Shown here one piece after another: positions 55,468 to 64,000 of a stretch of 64,000 bases of DNA. The notes below the pieces were generated by a model. That model saw only the letters and a list, made by a program, of their open reading frames with translations. It ran no database searches and was not told the DNA's origin. The stretch's first letter is position 1; every line of letters begins with the position of its first letter. The translations under genes and the position numbers were made by a program. Where the stretch lies: the NCBI GenBank assembly GCA_012840805.1, contig DUVY01000060.1, positions 2,640 through 66,639 on the forward strand, written 5' to 3'. The DNA is from Clostridiales bacterium (GTDB taxonomy: Bacteria; Bacillota; Clostridia; Christensenellales; DUVY01).

Positions 55468-56319
55468 TTATTGTCCGTCGTTTAGATATAGTATCCCTAA
55501 AGTGCCTTTGCCGCAATGCGAGGTTACAGTCGCGCCCGCCTTTGTTTCCAAAACCTCTCTAAAAGCGTATTTTTCTTTTAGGATATTTTTGACTTCTTGA
55601 ACAACCTCGTCGGACGCGTCGGTGTGCGTGACAAACACTCGGCTAAGATCGGGCGTGTTATATGAATCCAAAATATGATTTACATAATCCAATATGACTT
55701 TGGCCATAGATCCCTTAAACTTTTTGCCTACGTCAAGTTTGCCGTTTTTCATTAGTATTGTGGGCTTGATTTTGAGTAGGTTGGCGCCCAAAAGTTGCAA
55801 TTTCGAACATCGCCCGCCTTTGTAAAGATAATTAAGCGTGTCAATTATAAATGATGTCTGAACATAGGGTATCCTTTTTTTGACAAGCTCGACTATCTCT
55901 TCGGCGTCTTTGCCTTCTTGGGCAAATTCACAAGCGTATAACGCAAGCAAGCTAGACCCTGTGGATAAAGCCAATGTATCAATCGCATAAACATTATTTA
56001 GGTCGTTTGCCGCTTGCGAGGCTGATTGGTGCGATGCCGAAAGCAGACTAGAGATATTAAAGTGTATCACAGCGTCATAACCTTGATTTAGAAAACTTTC
56101 AAAAAACTCTTTATAGACATACGAGCTTCTAGCCGCGGTTTTTGGAAGTTTACCCGTTTGTTTTTCATAGTTATAGATGTCTTCTCTTGTGATATCCACC
56201 CCGTCCAAAAAAGTATCTTCGCCTAAGCTGACTTCCAAAGGCATCAAAGATATTTTGTATTTTTCTAGAAGTTCTTTGGACAAATCTAAAGTGCTGTCGC
56301 CGGTTATCTTGATTTTCAT
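55468..56319 (-). CDS. DegV-family fatty-acid-binding protein
   Basis: KIKITGDSTLDL, PKTAARS, and VTHTDA motifs. Typical length of about 280 aa. Confidence 0.85.
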   Translation of the reverse strand: MKIKITGDSTLDLSKELLEKYKISLMPLEVSLGEDTFLDGVDITREDIYNYEKQTGKLPKTAARSSYVYKEFFESFLNQGYDAVIHFNISSLLSASHQSASQAANDLNNVYAIDTLALSTGSSLLALYACEFAQEGKDAEEIVELVKKRIPYVQTSFIIDTLNYLYKGGRCSKLQLLGANLLKIKPTILMKNGKLDVGKKFKGSMAKVILDYVNHILDSYNTPDLSRVFVTHTDASDEVVQEVKNILKEKYAFREVLETKAGATVTSHCGKGTLGILYLNDGQ

Positions 56320-56347
56320 TACTTTTTTTTATTCCTCCATAACTTTT

Positions 56348-56923
56348 CTAGGCAAAAACCCTTTTCAAAAATCCGTTATCGGTTATTTCTTTGATTACTT
56401 TTCCTTTTATCTCTTGCCTTGTCACAAAGCCAAAAGAGCGCGAGTCTTTGCTGTTGTCGCGATTATCGCCCATTACAAAAAAACAGCCTTTGGGCACGGT
56501 GTATTCTTTATCAAATTGTATAAAAGCGCCAAAGCTGTAAGTCGCGCGCATCACAAACCCGTCGTTATGTTCTGTCCATTGACCGTCTTTTTTAAAGAAC
56601 ATTTTGACCTTATAAAAGCCGTTGTCTTTCTCATCGGTCTTTTCAAATTTAAAAATCTCGTCTTCTACGGCAATTATCCGCTTAATGTAAAGGTCTTGAT
56701 AACCTTGTTTTTGCAATATTACCACATCGCCTTTTTGATAGCTAAACGGATAATGATTGACAAAAATAACATCGTCTTGCTGATAGGTAGGTTCCATAGA
56801 CGCGCCTATAATAGTGTATCCGCGATAGATGTTGATAACGGCAAGATATAATATCAAAATTATAAGTAATATATCAAGCGCGTTGATTATTTTGGCTTTT
56901 TTTCTTAAAGGAGTTAATTCCAC
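56348..56923 (-). CDS. Signal peptidase I (LepB/SipS type)
   Basis: GASMEPT (catalytic Ser), YIKRIIA (Lys box), and GDNRDNSKDSR. Confidence 0.85.
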   Translation of the reverse strand: MELTPLRKKAKIINALDILLIILILYLAVINIYRGYTIIGASMEPTYQQDDVIFVNHYPFSYQKGDVVILQKQGYQDLYIKRIIAVEDEIFKFEKTDEKDNGFYKVKMFFKKDGQWTEHNDGFVMRATYSFGAFIQFDKEYTVPKGCFFVMGDNRDNSKDSRSFGFVTRQEIKGKVIKEITDNGFLKRVFA

Positions 56924-56966
56924 AGGACTTTTGCCTCATCAAAATTATATCATAGTATTGTTACAG

Positions 56967-57182
56967 TTATGTCATAGACGGCGGCTCGGGCGGAAGAATT
57001 TTTTTGATGCTTTTTAGGGCTTTTTGTAAGTCTAGCATTATTTTGTGGTTGCAGCCTAAGCATTTTAGCTTGACATCCGCGCCCGTTCTTGTTATCAAAA
57101 ACAAATTGCTTCCGCACGGGTGTATTTTTTTCATTACGGCTTTCGCGCCGCTTATTAGGTTTTTTGAGTTTACATTGGACAT
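56967..57182 (-). CDS. DUF951-family small protein (B. subtilis YyzM-like)
   Basis: MKKIHPCGSNLFLITRTGADVKLKCLGCNHKIML matches the KK.HPCG.N...I.R.G.D...C..C pattern. SD AAGAGGA. Confidence 0.7.
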   Translation of the reverse strand: MSNVNSKNLISGAKAVMKKIHPCGSNLFLITRTGADVKLKCLGCNHKIMLDLQKALKSIKKILPPEPPSMT

Positions 57183-57194
57183 AATCCTATCCTC

Positions 57195-58886
57195 TTAAAC
57201 CCATAATATATTATTTATCAAAAATTGTCCTTTGCTTTTTATATATAACATTACCACATTCTCAAAGCTTTTGAGCGTAACCCCGTCTTCTGTTTTAAAC
57301 TCCGACGCGCTCAAAGTAACCTTGTTCCAAATTTCCGCGCCCTCGGCGTTAAGAGTGTAAAAATAATCAAACTCATATTTGTCGTTGAGATAGTTCTTAA
57401 GCCCAATGGTTATCTTCTGGTCAATGGGCGAATAATATCCTATTTGAAGCTGGTCGTCCTCATAGCCTTTGTATCTAGGGTCGCCTAGCTTGAATGTGGC
57501 AAGGTCGCCCATAAGAGCTCGTATGCCTATCATATCAAGAGCGCCTTTTTCCATAACTAATTCGGGGTTTTGATGAAACAGCTCATTGGTATTGATTACC
57601 GTAAAGCAATCCAAACCCAAAGAAGAATCATAGACCAGCCTGCTCGCTTTAATATTGGCGTCCGTTATATCCAATTGGGACGGCACGCAAGCGTGTAGGT
57701 TGCTGCTAATAATATATTTGTCATAAAAGATATTAGCAAACGCGAAGCAATATTCAGATACATCCAAAACTTGAGCGACCGCCAAATACTTGTCTTGGTC
57801 CTTAACGCAATCTAGTACAGTCCAATTTCTGACGCTAGGGTCGGGCGTTTCGGTCGCTTGATACAGCCTTATTTCTTTGATGGGCGTTGTCGTATCCGCG
57901 TTGACTTCTATATATAATTTGTTATCTTGATTGTATGTCTTGAGTTCGGGCTGAAAGGGATGATAAAATTGGCTGTCAAACAAATAGTTTTTGAGCCAAT
58001 TAATTATAGTGTCGTTATATTCAAAAAAGATTTCTTTGTCGGAATACGGGATTACCGAAAGCATAGAAACAGTGTTTTTGGGAATGCGCGAATAAGTGTC
58101 AAAAGCGCGGTCAAAGGTAGAGTCGTATTCGTTGGTGGAAAGCGTAACCAAAATTGGAGTTTTAACTAAGGGCGCGTAGCTTTGGGTTGACAGCGCCGCG
58201 AGATAAAGGCTGCGCTCTTCGGAGATTTCTATGTCTGACTCTTCGTCTTTTTTATATAAAAAATCATAGCCCAGCCATCCCGAATTAAACATAGAGATAA
58301 TACAGCGCGCTCTTGAATCGATCGCGCCTAATTTCCAAGCGAGATTAGCGCCTGTTTTTATGCCCAAAATAGCGATTTTGGAATTATCAACTTCTTTTAT
58401 TTGCTCTAGTAAAGTCAAAGCCCGCCTTGCCATAGCCGTCCAGATATACCACGGCGAGTTTTTGGGCGAGCCTTTGACGCTGTTTAACACATCTTGCGCC
58501 TTATCAAAATTGGCGTATTCTATGCTTTTGGGATAAATAGTATAACGCGCGTTTTGGTCGCGATAGCCAAAATAGTCAATGGTAAAAATACTCGCACCTT
58601 TTAGGTTTTTTTTGATAAATCTCAATGTCTGATAAAATCTCTTTGGGCTTCCCAAAAAAAAGACAACGGGCGCTTTTTTTGACTTTTCTATTGTTTTTTT
58701 GTCGTAATAAAATCGCGCGTAAGCTCGGACTTTGCCGCCTTCTTGGTCTTGATAGGCGGTAAAATAGATTTGCCTTTTAATATAGCCGTCATCGATTGGC
58801 GTTTCGCTTATAATATTGATATTGTGGTCGTCAAGCTTATCGGAAAAGTCTTTCCACAATTCTATAGGGGAAATTAATTCTCCCAT
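57195..58886 (-). CDS. Hypothetical protein with an N-terminal alpha/beta-hydrolase-like (acetyl-xylan-esterase/DLH-like) region
   Basis: Pattern APVVFFLG...IAILGIKTGANLAWKLGA...ISMFNSGW. The assignment is weak. Confidence 0.35.
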   Translation of the reverse strand: MGELISPIELWKDFSDKLDDHNINIISETPIDDGYIKRQIYFTAYQDQEGGKVRAYARFYYDKKTIEKSKKAPVVFFLGSPKRFYQTLRFIKKNLKGASIFTIDYFGYRDQNARYTIYPKSIEYANFDKAQDVLNSVKGSPKNSPWYIWTAMARRALTLLEQIKEVDNSKIAILGIKTGANLAWKLGAIDSRARCIISMFNSGWLGYDFLYKKDEESDIEISEERSLYLAALSTQSYAPLVKTPILVTLSTNEYDSTFDRAFDTYSRIPKNTVSMLSVIPYSDKEIFFEYNDTIINWLKNYLFDSQFYHPFQPELKTYNQDNKLYIEVNADTTTPIKEIRLYQATETPDPSVRNWTVLDCVKDQDKYLAVAQVLDVSEYCFAFANIFYDKYIISSNLHACVPSQLDITDANIKASRLVYDSSLGLDCFTVINTNELFHQNPELVMEKGALDMIGIRALMGDLATFKLGDPRYKGYEDDQLQIGYYSPIDQKITIGLKNYLNDKYEFDYFYTLNAEGAEIWNKVTLSASEFKTEDGVTLKSFENVVMLYIKSKGQFLINNILWV

Positions 58887-58985
58887 AATTTACCAATCCT
58901 CTCTTAAATGGTTATAATTATAGCATATCGCGCTAAAATTGACAATTTATAAAACTTTTAAAACATTATTTGGCATAGGGAATAT

Positions 58986-59522
58986 TTATTTGAAAATGCG
59001 CGCTCTGACCAATAGTCTGTAAATATAAAAGAAGGCTTGATCGTATAATATAAAGACTACATTCATAACCAGCGCCAAAATATAATACGCGCCCACTATT
59101 TCCACAAAAGCTTTCATATCAAACAAGACAAAAGTCGCTATTTTGTATATGGTATAAAGCGAGATATTAAAAAGCGGAAGCAAGATAGAATATCTTGTCA
59201 AATATTTTAAAAACGGTTTTTTTAGAGGAATCTTATTTAAAAAATACGACGCGAAACTATGCGGGGCAAACAAAACCATATAGGGCACGACTTGAGCGAT
59301 GCTCGCGCCGCCTAATAACAATATGCTCAAAACCGAAACCCCAATACCGCTTAATACGCCATACAATACGCCGCATTTTTCAAAAAGATAAAAAAGCAAA
59401 AGCGCCGAGCCCAAAAACGGCACAAAAGACAAGGGCAAGAAAGAGCCTAACATTATAAGCCCCACGCCCAAAGCGGTTAATATGGCTGTGTAAGCGATTT
59501 TTTTTGACTTGTTTAACAACAT
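58986..59522 (-). CDS. Multi-pass membrane protein (5-6 TM segments), translationally coupled to the upstream J-like gene
   Basis: The ATG lies inside the last codons of the upstream gene (AGATGTTGTTAA), a 10-nt overlap. Hydrophobic throughout. Confidence 0.5.
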   Translation of the reverse strand: MLLNKSKKIAYTAILTALGVGLIMLGSFLPLSFVPFLGSALLLFYLFEKCGVLYGVLSGIGVSVLSILLLGGASIAQVVPYMVLFAPHSFASYFLNKIPLKKPFLKYLTRYSILLPLFNISLYTIYKIATFVLFDMKAFVEIVGAYYILALVMNVVFILYDQAFFYIYRLLVRARIFK

Positions 59523-60121
59523 CTCATCAAATTACAGCAACAATCAAGCAAACACAAAGTGGTGCAGCAGTTTGCCAATCCCATAGAAGCGTCAGGCGGC
59601 ATAGGCTGGTCCTGTCCTTGTCCTTGCGTCTGCTGCGTCCCCATTGTATAAGGATTGGCGTTTGAGCTTGCCATTACTTGTTCCAATCTTGACAGGGCTG
59701 TTTGGTATTGCGTGTTATTAGGGTCAAGGTTTAGCGCTAATTTAAGTTGGGCGCGACTTTCGTCATACCAACCCTTTTTATAAAAAATTATGGATTGTAA
59801 AAAATGCCAGTGCGCCGTGCGTTCGGACATCTTGTCCAATTCAATCTGGGCTTGGTCAATTTTGCCGTCTTTAATCATTTGGTCTATATCGCCCAAATTA
59901 GAGCCGTATTCTATCCGAGCTTGCTGCTTTTTACGCATATTGATTATTTCACTATACGCGTTTTCCAAATTCATAAGATTGATAGCGCCTTGGCGTCCCG
60001 CTTCGCCTTCTAAGAACCTGTCTTCCGAATATTGCGCTTTTAATTTTTGATAAGCTTGCTCTATATCTTCCATTGACGCGTCAGGCGTTAATTTCAATAC
60101 TTCATAGGGGTTTTGAGACAT
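59513..60121 (-). CDS. J-like domain protein lacking HPD, with a TPR-like region, Q-rich linker and C-terminal cysteine string
   Basis: NPYEVLKLTPDASMEDIEQAYQKLKAQYSEDRF is a J helix II/III pattern with SED in place of HPD. WHFLQSIIFYKKGWYDESRAQLKLALNLDPNN is TPR-like. C-terminus ANCCTTLCLLDCCCNLMRCC. Confidence 0.65.
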   Translation of the reverse strand: MSQNPYEVLKLTPDASMEDIEQAYQKLKAQYSEDRFLEGEAGRQGAINLMNLENAYSEIINMRKKQQARIEYGSNLGDIDQMIKDGKIDQAQIELDKMSERTAHWHFLQSIIFYKKGWYDESRAQLKLALNLDPNNTQYQTALSRLEQVMASSNANPYTMGTQQTQGQGQDQPMPPDASMGLANCCTTLCLLDCCCNLMRCC

Positions 60122-60195
60122 TAATTTGCTCCTTTTAATAGTATAGTATTAATATATCACATATTCGCCACAAAACATAAATAATTCTATAATTA

Positions 60196-61080
60196 TTATA
60201 TTTTTTCTTTATGCAGCTTTTTTTTGGATGTCATAATTAACGAATACTTCCGCCTTAGCCCGTAATATATAATATTGGTAAGCAAATCCCTACCCTCTGT
60301 GATAGGCAAAAGATTAAAGTTTTCTATCATTTTGTTAATGGTTATATTAACAACAAAGTCTATATCGCTTTTGTTATCGGCGATAAATTGTTCTTTGTTT
60401 TGAAAGTCCCCAAATTTAGCCAAAAACGGATTATAATTTTTGGATTTGCTATCTTCTTTTAAGTCATCCAGCGCGTCCAATAGATACACAAGCTTGCCTA
60501 GGTTATATAAAAAATCCTTTAGATTTTGGTTGTCGGCGTCGCCGTTGTGCTTTTTTACCAAAACTAAGACGCAATCTTTAAGCATTACGGCAAAACAATC
60601 CGCCGTCTTGTCCAAACTCTCGCAGTTTTCTTTTTCTAAGCGCCTTAACCGCTCGTATTGAGTTTTGATTATTTGGTCGGCTTCTTTTAGCGCGGCAAAC
60701 GATTTTTTGTAAGGCTTTTTTAACAATCCGCTCAAGACAGCGTTTTTTATTCCGCCGCCGTCAATCTTATTGTCCAAAATATTATGATATGCCAATAACA
60801 AATTCAAATCGGTTATGTCTTTTAATAATAAGCTGGACTTGACTATATGTTTTTTCACAAAAGGGTTCAAAATACAGCTTTGGTTGAGAAATTGGGGCAG
60901 GGTATTAAGATAGGCGTGCAAAAACACGCCCAAAAACGCTATATCATAATTGGTCGCAAGGCGCGGAATATTGCCAAAATATTTTGCCGTTGTTTTGCAT
61001 ACGCCGCAATAAAAAGCGCGAAAAAGCAAAAAGTCCTTGTTGTAGAGTTTTGATTTGTCAGGGGTAATATAACCATACAT
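60196..61080 (-). CDS. DUF5685-like all-alpha protein with N-terminal CxxC
   Basis: MYGYITPDKSKLYNKDFLLFRAFYCGVCKTTAKYFGNIPRLATNYDIAFLGVFL matches my recollection of the DUF5685 N-terminal signature. It starts 5 nt after the trpS stop. Confidence 0.45.
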   Translation of the reverse strand: MYGYITPDKSKLYNKDFLLFRAFYCGVCKTTAKYFGNIPRLATNYDIAFLGVFLHAYLNTLPQFLNQSCILNPFVKKHIVKSSLLLKDITDLNLLLAYHNILDNKIDGGGIKNAVLSGLLKKPYKKSFAALKEADQIIKTQYERLRRLEKENCESLDKTADCFAVMLKDCVLVLVKKHNGDADNQNLKDFLYNLGKLVYLLDALDDLKEDSKSKNYNPFLAKFGDFQNKEQFIADNKSDIDFVVNITINKMIENFNLLPITEGRDLLTNIIYYGLRRKYSLIMTSKKKLHKEKI

Positions 61081-61085
61081 AATAT

Positions 61086-62081
61086 TTATAAAATAAGTCC
61101 TATCTTTCTATATACCTTTCTCAATGTCTTGTAGCTAGCGTATGTCGCTTTTTGTTTGCCCTCGGCAATTACTTCTTCTAAAAACTGCTTGTCCTTAATA
61201 ATACGGGCGTATTCGGCTTGAATAGGTTTTAGCCCCTCTATGACGCTTTCGGCGACTTTGATTTTAAACTCGCCATACCCTTTGCCCTCAAACTCTTTTT
61301 CGCATTCTAAGATGCTTTTGCCCGTAAAAGCCGAATATATGGTCAAAAGATTGGATATGCCGTGTTTGGACGTCGAATATTTGATTTCATTGCCCGAATC
61401 GGTAACAGCACGCTTGAACTTTCTCATAATATCGTCGGGGCTATCCAGCATCATCACAGCGCCGCCGTTGTCCGATTTGGACATCTTTTTTTCAGGGTCT
61501 TGCAAGTCCATTATTCTAGCGCCGTCTTTTTTGGACGGAATATAAGGCTCTGGCACTACAAAGGTAGGGCTATATTTATTATTAAATCGCGTAGCGATAT
61601 CGCGCGTAAGCTCCAGATGCTGTTTTTGGTCGTCGCCCACGGGCACCAAATCGGCTTGATATAATAATATATCCGCCGCCATAAGCACGGGATAGCTAAA
61701 AAGCCCGACATTGATATTTTCGGGATGCTTCGCGCTCTTTTCTTTGAATTGGGTCATCCTTCTTGCCTCGCCATACATTGTATAGCAGCTTAACGCCCAA
61801 GCAAGCTCGCAATGGGCGGGCACATGGGATTGAATAAATAATGTATTTTTTTTGTAGTCAAGCCCGCAAGCTAAATACAGCGCTATAAGATTGTATGTGT
61901 TTTGACGAAGTTGGGCGGGGACTTGAGATATTGTAAGGCTGTGCAAGTCCACTACGCAATAAAAGCAGTCATATTGGTCTTGAAGTTTGACAAAGTTTTT
62001 CAAGGCGCCCAAATAATTGCCGATTGTGAGATAGCCGCTGGGCTGGATTCCGCTAAATAACACTTTTTTTTGATTTTCCAT
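61086..62081 (-). CDS. trpS: Tryptophanyl-tRNA synthetase
   Basis: GIQPSGYLTIGNYLGA (HIGH-equivalent), KMSKSD, and VGDDQKQHLELTRD. Confidence 0.95.
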   Translation of the reverse strand: MENQKKVLFSGIQPSGYLTIGNYLGALKNFVKLQDQYDCFYCVVDLHSLTISQVPAQLRQNTYNLIALYLACGLDYKKNTLFIQSHVPAHCELAWALSCYTMYGEARRMTQFKEKSAKHPENINVGLFSYPVLMAADILLYQADLVPVGDDQKQHLELTRDIATRFNNKYSPTFVVPEPYIPSKKDGARIMDLQDPEKKMSKSDNGGAVMMLDSPDDIMRKFKRAVTDSGNEIKYSTSKHGISNLLTIYSAFTGKSILECEKEFEGKGYGEFKIKVAESVIEGLKPIQAEYARIIKDKQFLEEVIAEGKQKATYASYKTLRKVYRKIGLIL

Positions 62082-62103
62082 AATATTATGTTACCTTAAA
62101 AAA

Positions 62104-63585
62104 TTATTTTATAAAGTCCAATAATCTTTGCGCTATTTTTTCTTTTTCTAATACTTCGCTGTGCAATACGGGTTTATCAAAGGCGCTCAAAATCGCCTCG
62201 GGCGCGTCTATGCCCGTTTTGGATTGTAGTTTTAGAATCGCTTTTTGGTCGTCCTCGGGCGCGGAATAATTAAGCGCGTCCAGAACATCGGAAGCAAACT
62301 TATACGGGCTGGCGGTGGATATTATCACCGTTTTTTTGTGGTCGTCTTCGCTTAACAAATAGCTGTTATAAACCGCCATTGCCACCGCGGTATGCGGGTC
62401 GCATAAATAATCCTTTTCCAAATATATATTATGAAGCGTTTCTTTGGTTTGAATATCGTTGGCGTAATCCGCGAAAAATGTCTTTTTGACCGCCGCCAAT
62501 TCGTCCTTAGTTAAGACATATTCGCCCGATTCAAACAGCGCGCGCATTCTTTCTAAAGTAAGCTCGTCATCTCTAGCTGAAACCTCAAATATAAGTCTTT
62601 CGGTGTTTGAGCTAATCAATATATCCATAGAAGGCGAAATTGTTTTTTGCAAAATCCTGCAGGCGTTATAATGCCCCGAAGTCAAAAAGTCGGTCAAGAC
62701 ATTGTTGCTGTTGCTTGCGCAAATAAGCTTGTTTATGGGTAATCCCATCTGTTTTGCGTAAAAGCCCGCCAAAATATTGCCAAAATTTCCGCTAGGTACC
62801 GCGAAGTTAATAGTTTCGCCCTCTTTTATCTCGCCTACTTCTAACAAATCCAAATAAGTGGAAAAATAATATATAATCTGGGGCAATAGCCGCCCCCAAT
62901 TGATTGAATTTGCAGAAGAAAGCAGATATCCCGCTTCTTTAAATTTTTGAACGCGTTCGGGGTCGCAAAAAATCTTCTTTACAGTAGTTTGAGCGTCGTC
63001 AAAATTGCCTACAATCCCTAAGGGCAAAACATTATTGCCGTCTTGAATCATCATTTGAAATTTTTGATGCTCGGACACATTGTCGGTGGGATATAATACG
63101 GCTATTTTAATGCCCTCTACATTTTTAAAGCCTTCAAGCGCAGCTTTCCCGGTGTCGCCGCTGGTGGCGGTCAGTATCAAAATATTTTCTTTTAGATTGG
63201 CTTTTTGTTTGGATTTTTGCATAAGCTCGGGCAGTAGCGTAAGCGCCACATCCTTAAAAGCGCAAGTAGGGCCGTGCCAAAGCTCCAAAACATAAACTGA
63301 GTCGTCAAGCTTTATTAAGGGCGCGACTATATTATCCTCAAACCTAGAGATAGACTTTGCTACGCATTGGCTTAACTCGTCTTGGGAAAACTCAGGCAAA
63401 AAAGTTTTCAAAATAAAAACCGCCTTGTCCTGATAATTCATAGCCATAAGTTTTTTCAAATCCTCGTTGGAAAACCGCGGCAATGTCTCCGGAACATACA
63501 AGCCCCCGTCAGGGCTTATGCCGTCTATTATGGCTTGATAAGACAAAACGGAATGGTTTTTGTTTCTAGTGCTGATGTAACGCAT
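62104..63585 (-). CDS. thrC: Threonine synthase (long form)
   Basis: MRYISTRN...GGLYVP, GPTCAFKDVAL (PLP lysine), and TSGDTG. Confidence 0.9.
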   Translation of the reverse strand: MRYISTRNKNHSVLSYQAIIDGISPDGGLYVPETLPRFSNEDLKKLMAMNYQDKAVFILKTFLPEFSQDELSQCVAKSISRFEDNIVAPLIKLDDSVYVLELWHGPTCAFKDVALTLLPELMQKSKQKANLKENILILTATSGDTGKAALEGFKNVEGIKIAVLYPTDNVSEHQKFQMMIQDGNNVLPLGIVGNFDDAQTTVKKIFCDPERVQKFKEAGYLLSSANSINWGRLLPQIIYYFSTYLDLLEVGEIKEGETINFAVPSGNFGNILAGFYAKQMGLPINKLICASNSNNVLTDFLTSGHYNACRILQKTISPSMDILISSNTERLIFEVSARDDELTLERMRALFESGEYVLTKDELAAVKKTFFADYANDIQTKETLHNIYLEKDYLCDPHTAVAMAVYNSYLLSEDDHKKTVIISTASPYKFASDVLDALNYSAPEDDQKAILKLQSKTGIDAPEAILSAFDKPVLHSEVLEKEKIAQRLLDFIK

Positions 63586-63657
63586 TGTTCATCCTTCTTT
63601 TTTATTAGAAAAGGTTTTAACTAATTATACATAAAAAGAAGGATTATGTGAAATCAA

Positions 63658-64000
63658 TCAATTATATTTTTGCAAAAATTCGGGCAGCGATTCGGCGCTT
63701 ATAGTAACCACAAAATCAGCCTCAAATTTTTGGGATATATCTTCTAACTCTTGAAAGACTTCTTGCGTATCTTCCACGGGCAGATTGACCATATAGGCAA
63801 GCCCGTCAATATAAACGGTATTGATGTCATTATTGCAAGCAAGAAGCCCTTTGATAAAGCTAATAGTATGGTCTTTGCCTTTTATGCCGTATTCAAGCGC
63901 GTCCACAAACTTAATGGCAGCGTTGATTTGAATGGAATGCTTAGCGTGCGTGGTCAGATATACGGCGGCGCCATCATTTGTTTTTTGGGCGTCATTGGCA
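63658..64000 (-). CDS. Hypothetical protein, C-terminal part only (the ORF stays open to the window edge)
   Basis: The frame remains open upstream of the track GTG (…ANDAQKTNDGAAVYLTTHAKHSIQINAAIKFVDALEYG…). No family recognised. Confidence 0.35.
   Translation of the reverse strand, partial: ANDAQKTNDGAAVYLTTHAKHSIQINAAIKFVDALEYGIKGKDHTISFIKGLLACNNDINTVYIDGLAYMVNLPVEDTQEVFQELEDISQKFEADFVVTISAESLPEFLQKYN

Noticed and set aside
56177-56851. 224-aa plus-strand ORF in the track
   Set aside because: It is antisense to the well-supported DegV and signal peptidase I genes. It has low-complexity F/K/I-rich content and no SD. It is a spurious shadow ORF.
57195-58886. Possible pseudo-enzyme: an alpha/beta hydrolase with the nucleophile elbow GxSxG replaced by GIKTG
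   Set aside because: The alignment was made by eye only and the fold assignment itself is weak. I cannot support a claim of catalytic loss without a profile or structure alignment.

Overview
This 64-kb window looks like chromosomal DNA from a low-GC, endospore-forming Firmicute, probably Clostridia-like. Supporting genes are a GerA-type germinant receptor operon, a LysM-GH18 YaaH/SleL-like cortex hydrolase, an RsfA-like regulator, a Bacillus-type sufCDSUB operon and AddAB. Most of the window is tightly packed housekeeping: uvrC, hprK, leuS, addBA, rpmG-secE-nusG-rplKAJL with an L10 leader, sufCDSUB, thrC-trpS, signal peptidase I, a DegV protein and two solitary tRNA-Arg genes (CCG and CCU). 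I found no rRNA, CRISPR array, transposase, integrase, prophage or recognisable defence gene. The unusual content is scattered. (1) Four strongly low-complexity genes look like spore-surface or protectant proteins. One is a 39-codon NQN[K/R]-repeat ORF below the ORF-track cutoff. The others are a DR-repeat membrane protein divergent from an ArsR regulator, a Y/D/K/G-rich CotC-like protein with 27-bp tandem repeats, and a protein with 10 Cys in its first 23 residues. (2) A three-gene module encodes a DUF5685-like protein, an HPD-less J-like/TPR-like protein ending in a cysteine string, and a translationally coupled multi-pass membrane protein. (3) An SPFH plus double zinc-ribbon pair (YdjI/YdjG-like) lacks pspA and ydjH. 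(4) A TasA-like secreted protein and a GLUG-like repeat protein are separated by an intercistronic terminator next to a tRNA. (5) Several regulatory oddities are listed in the findings. All family calls rest on motif recognition by eye; no database search or folding computation was run.
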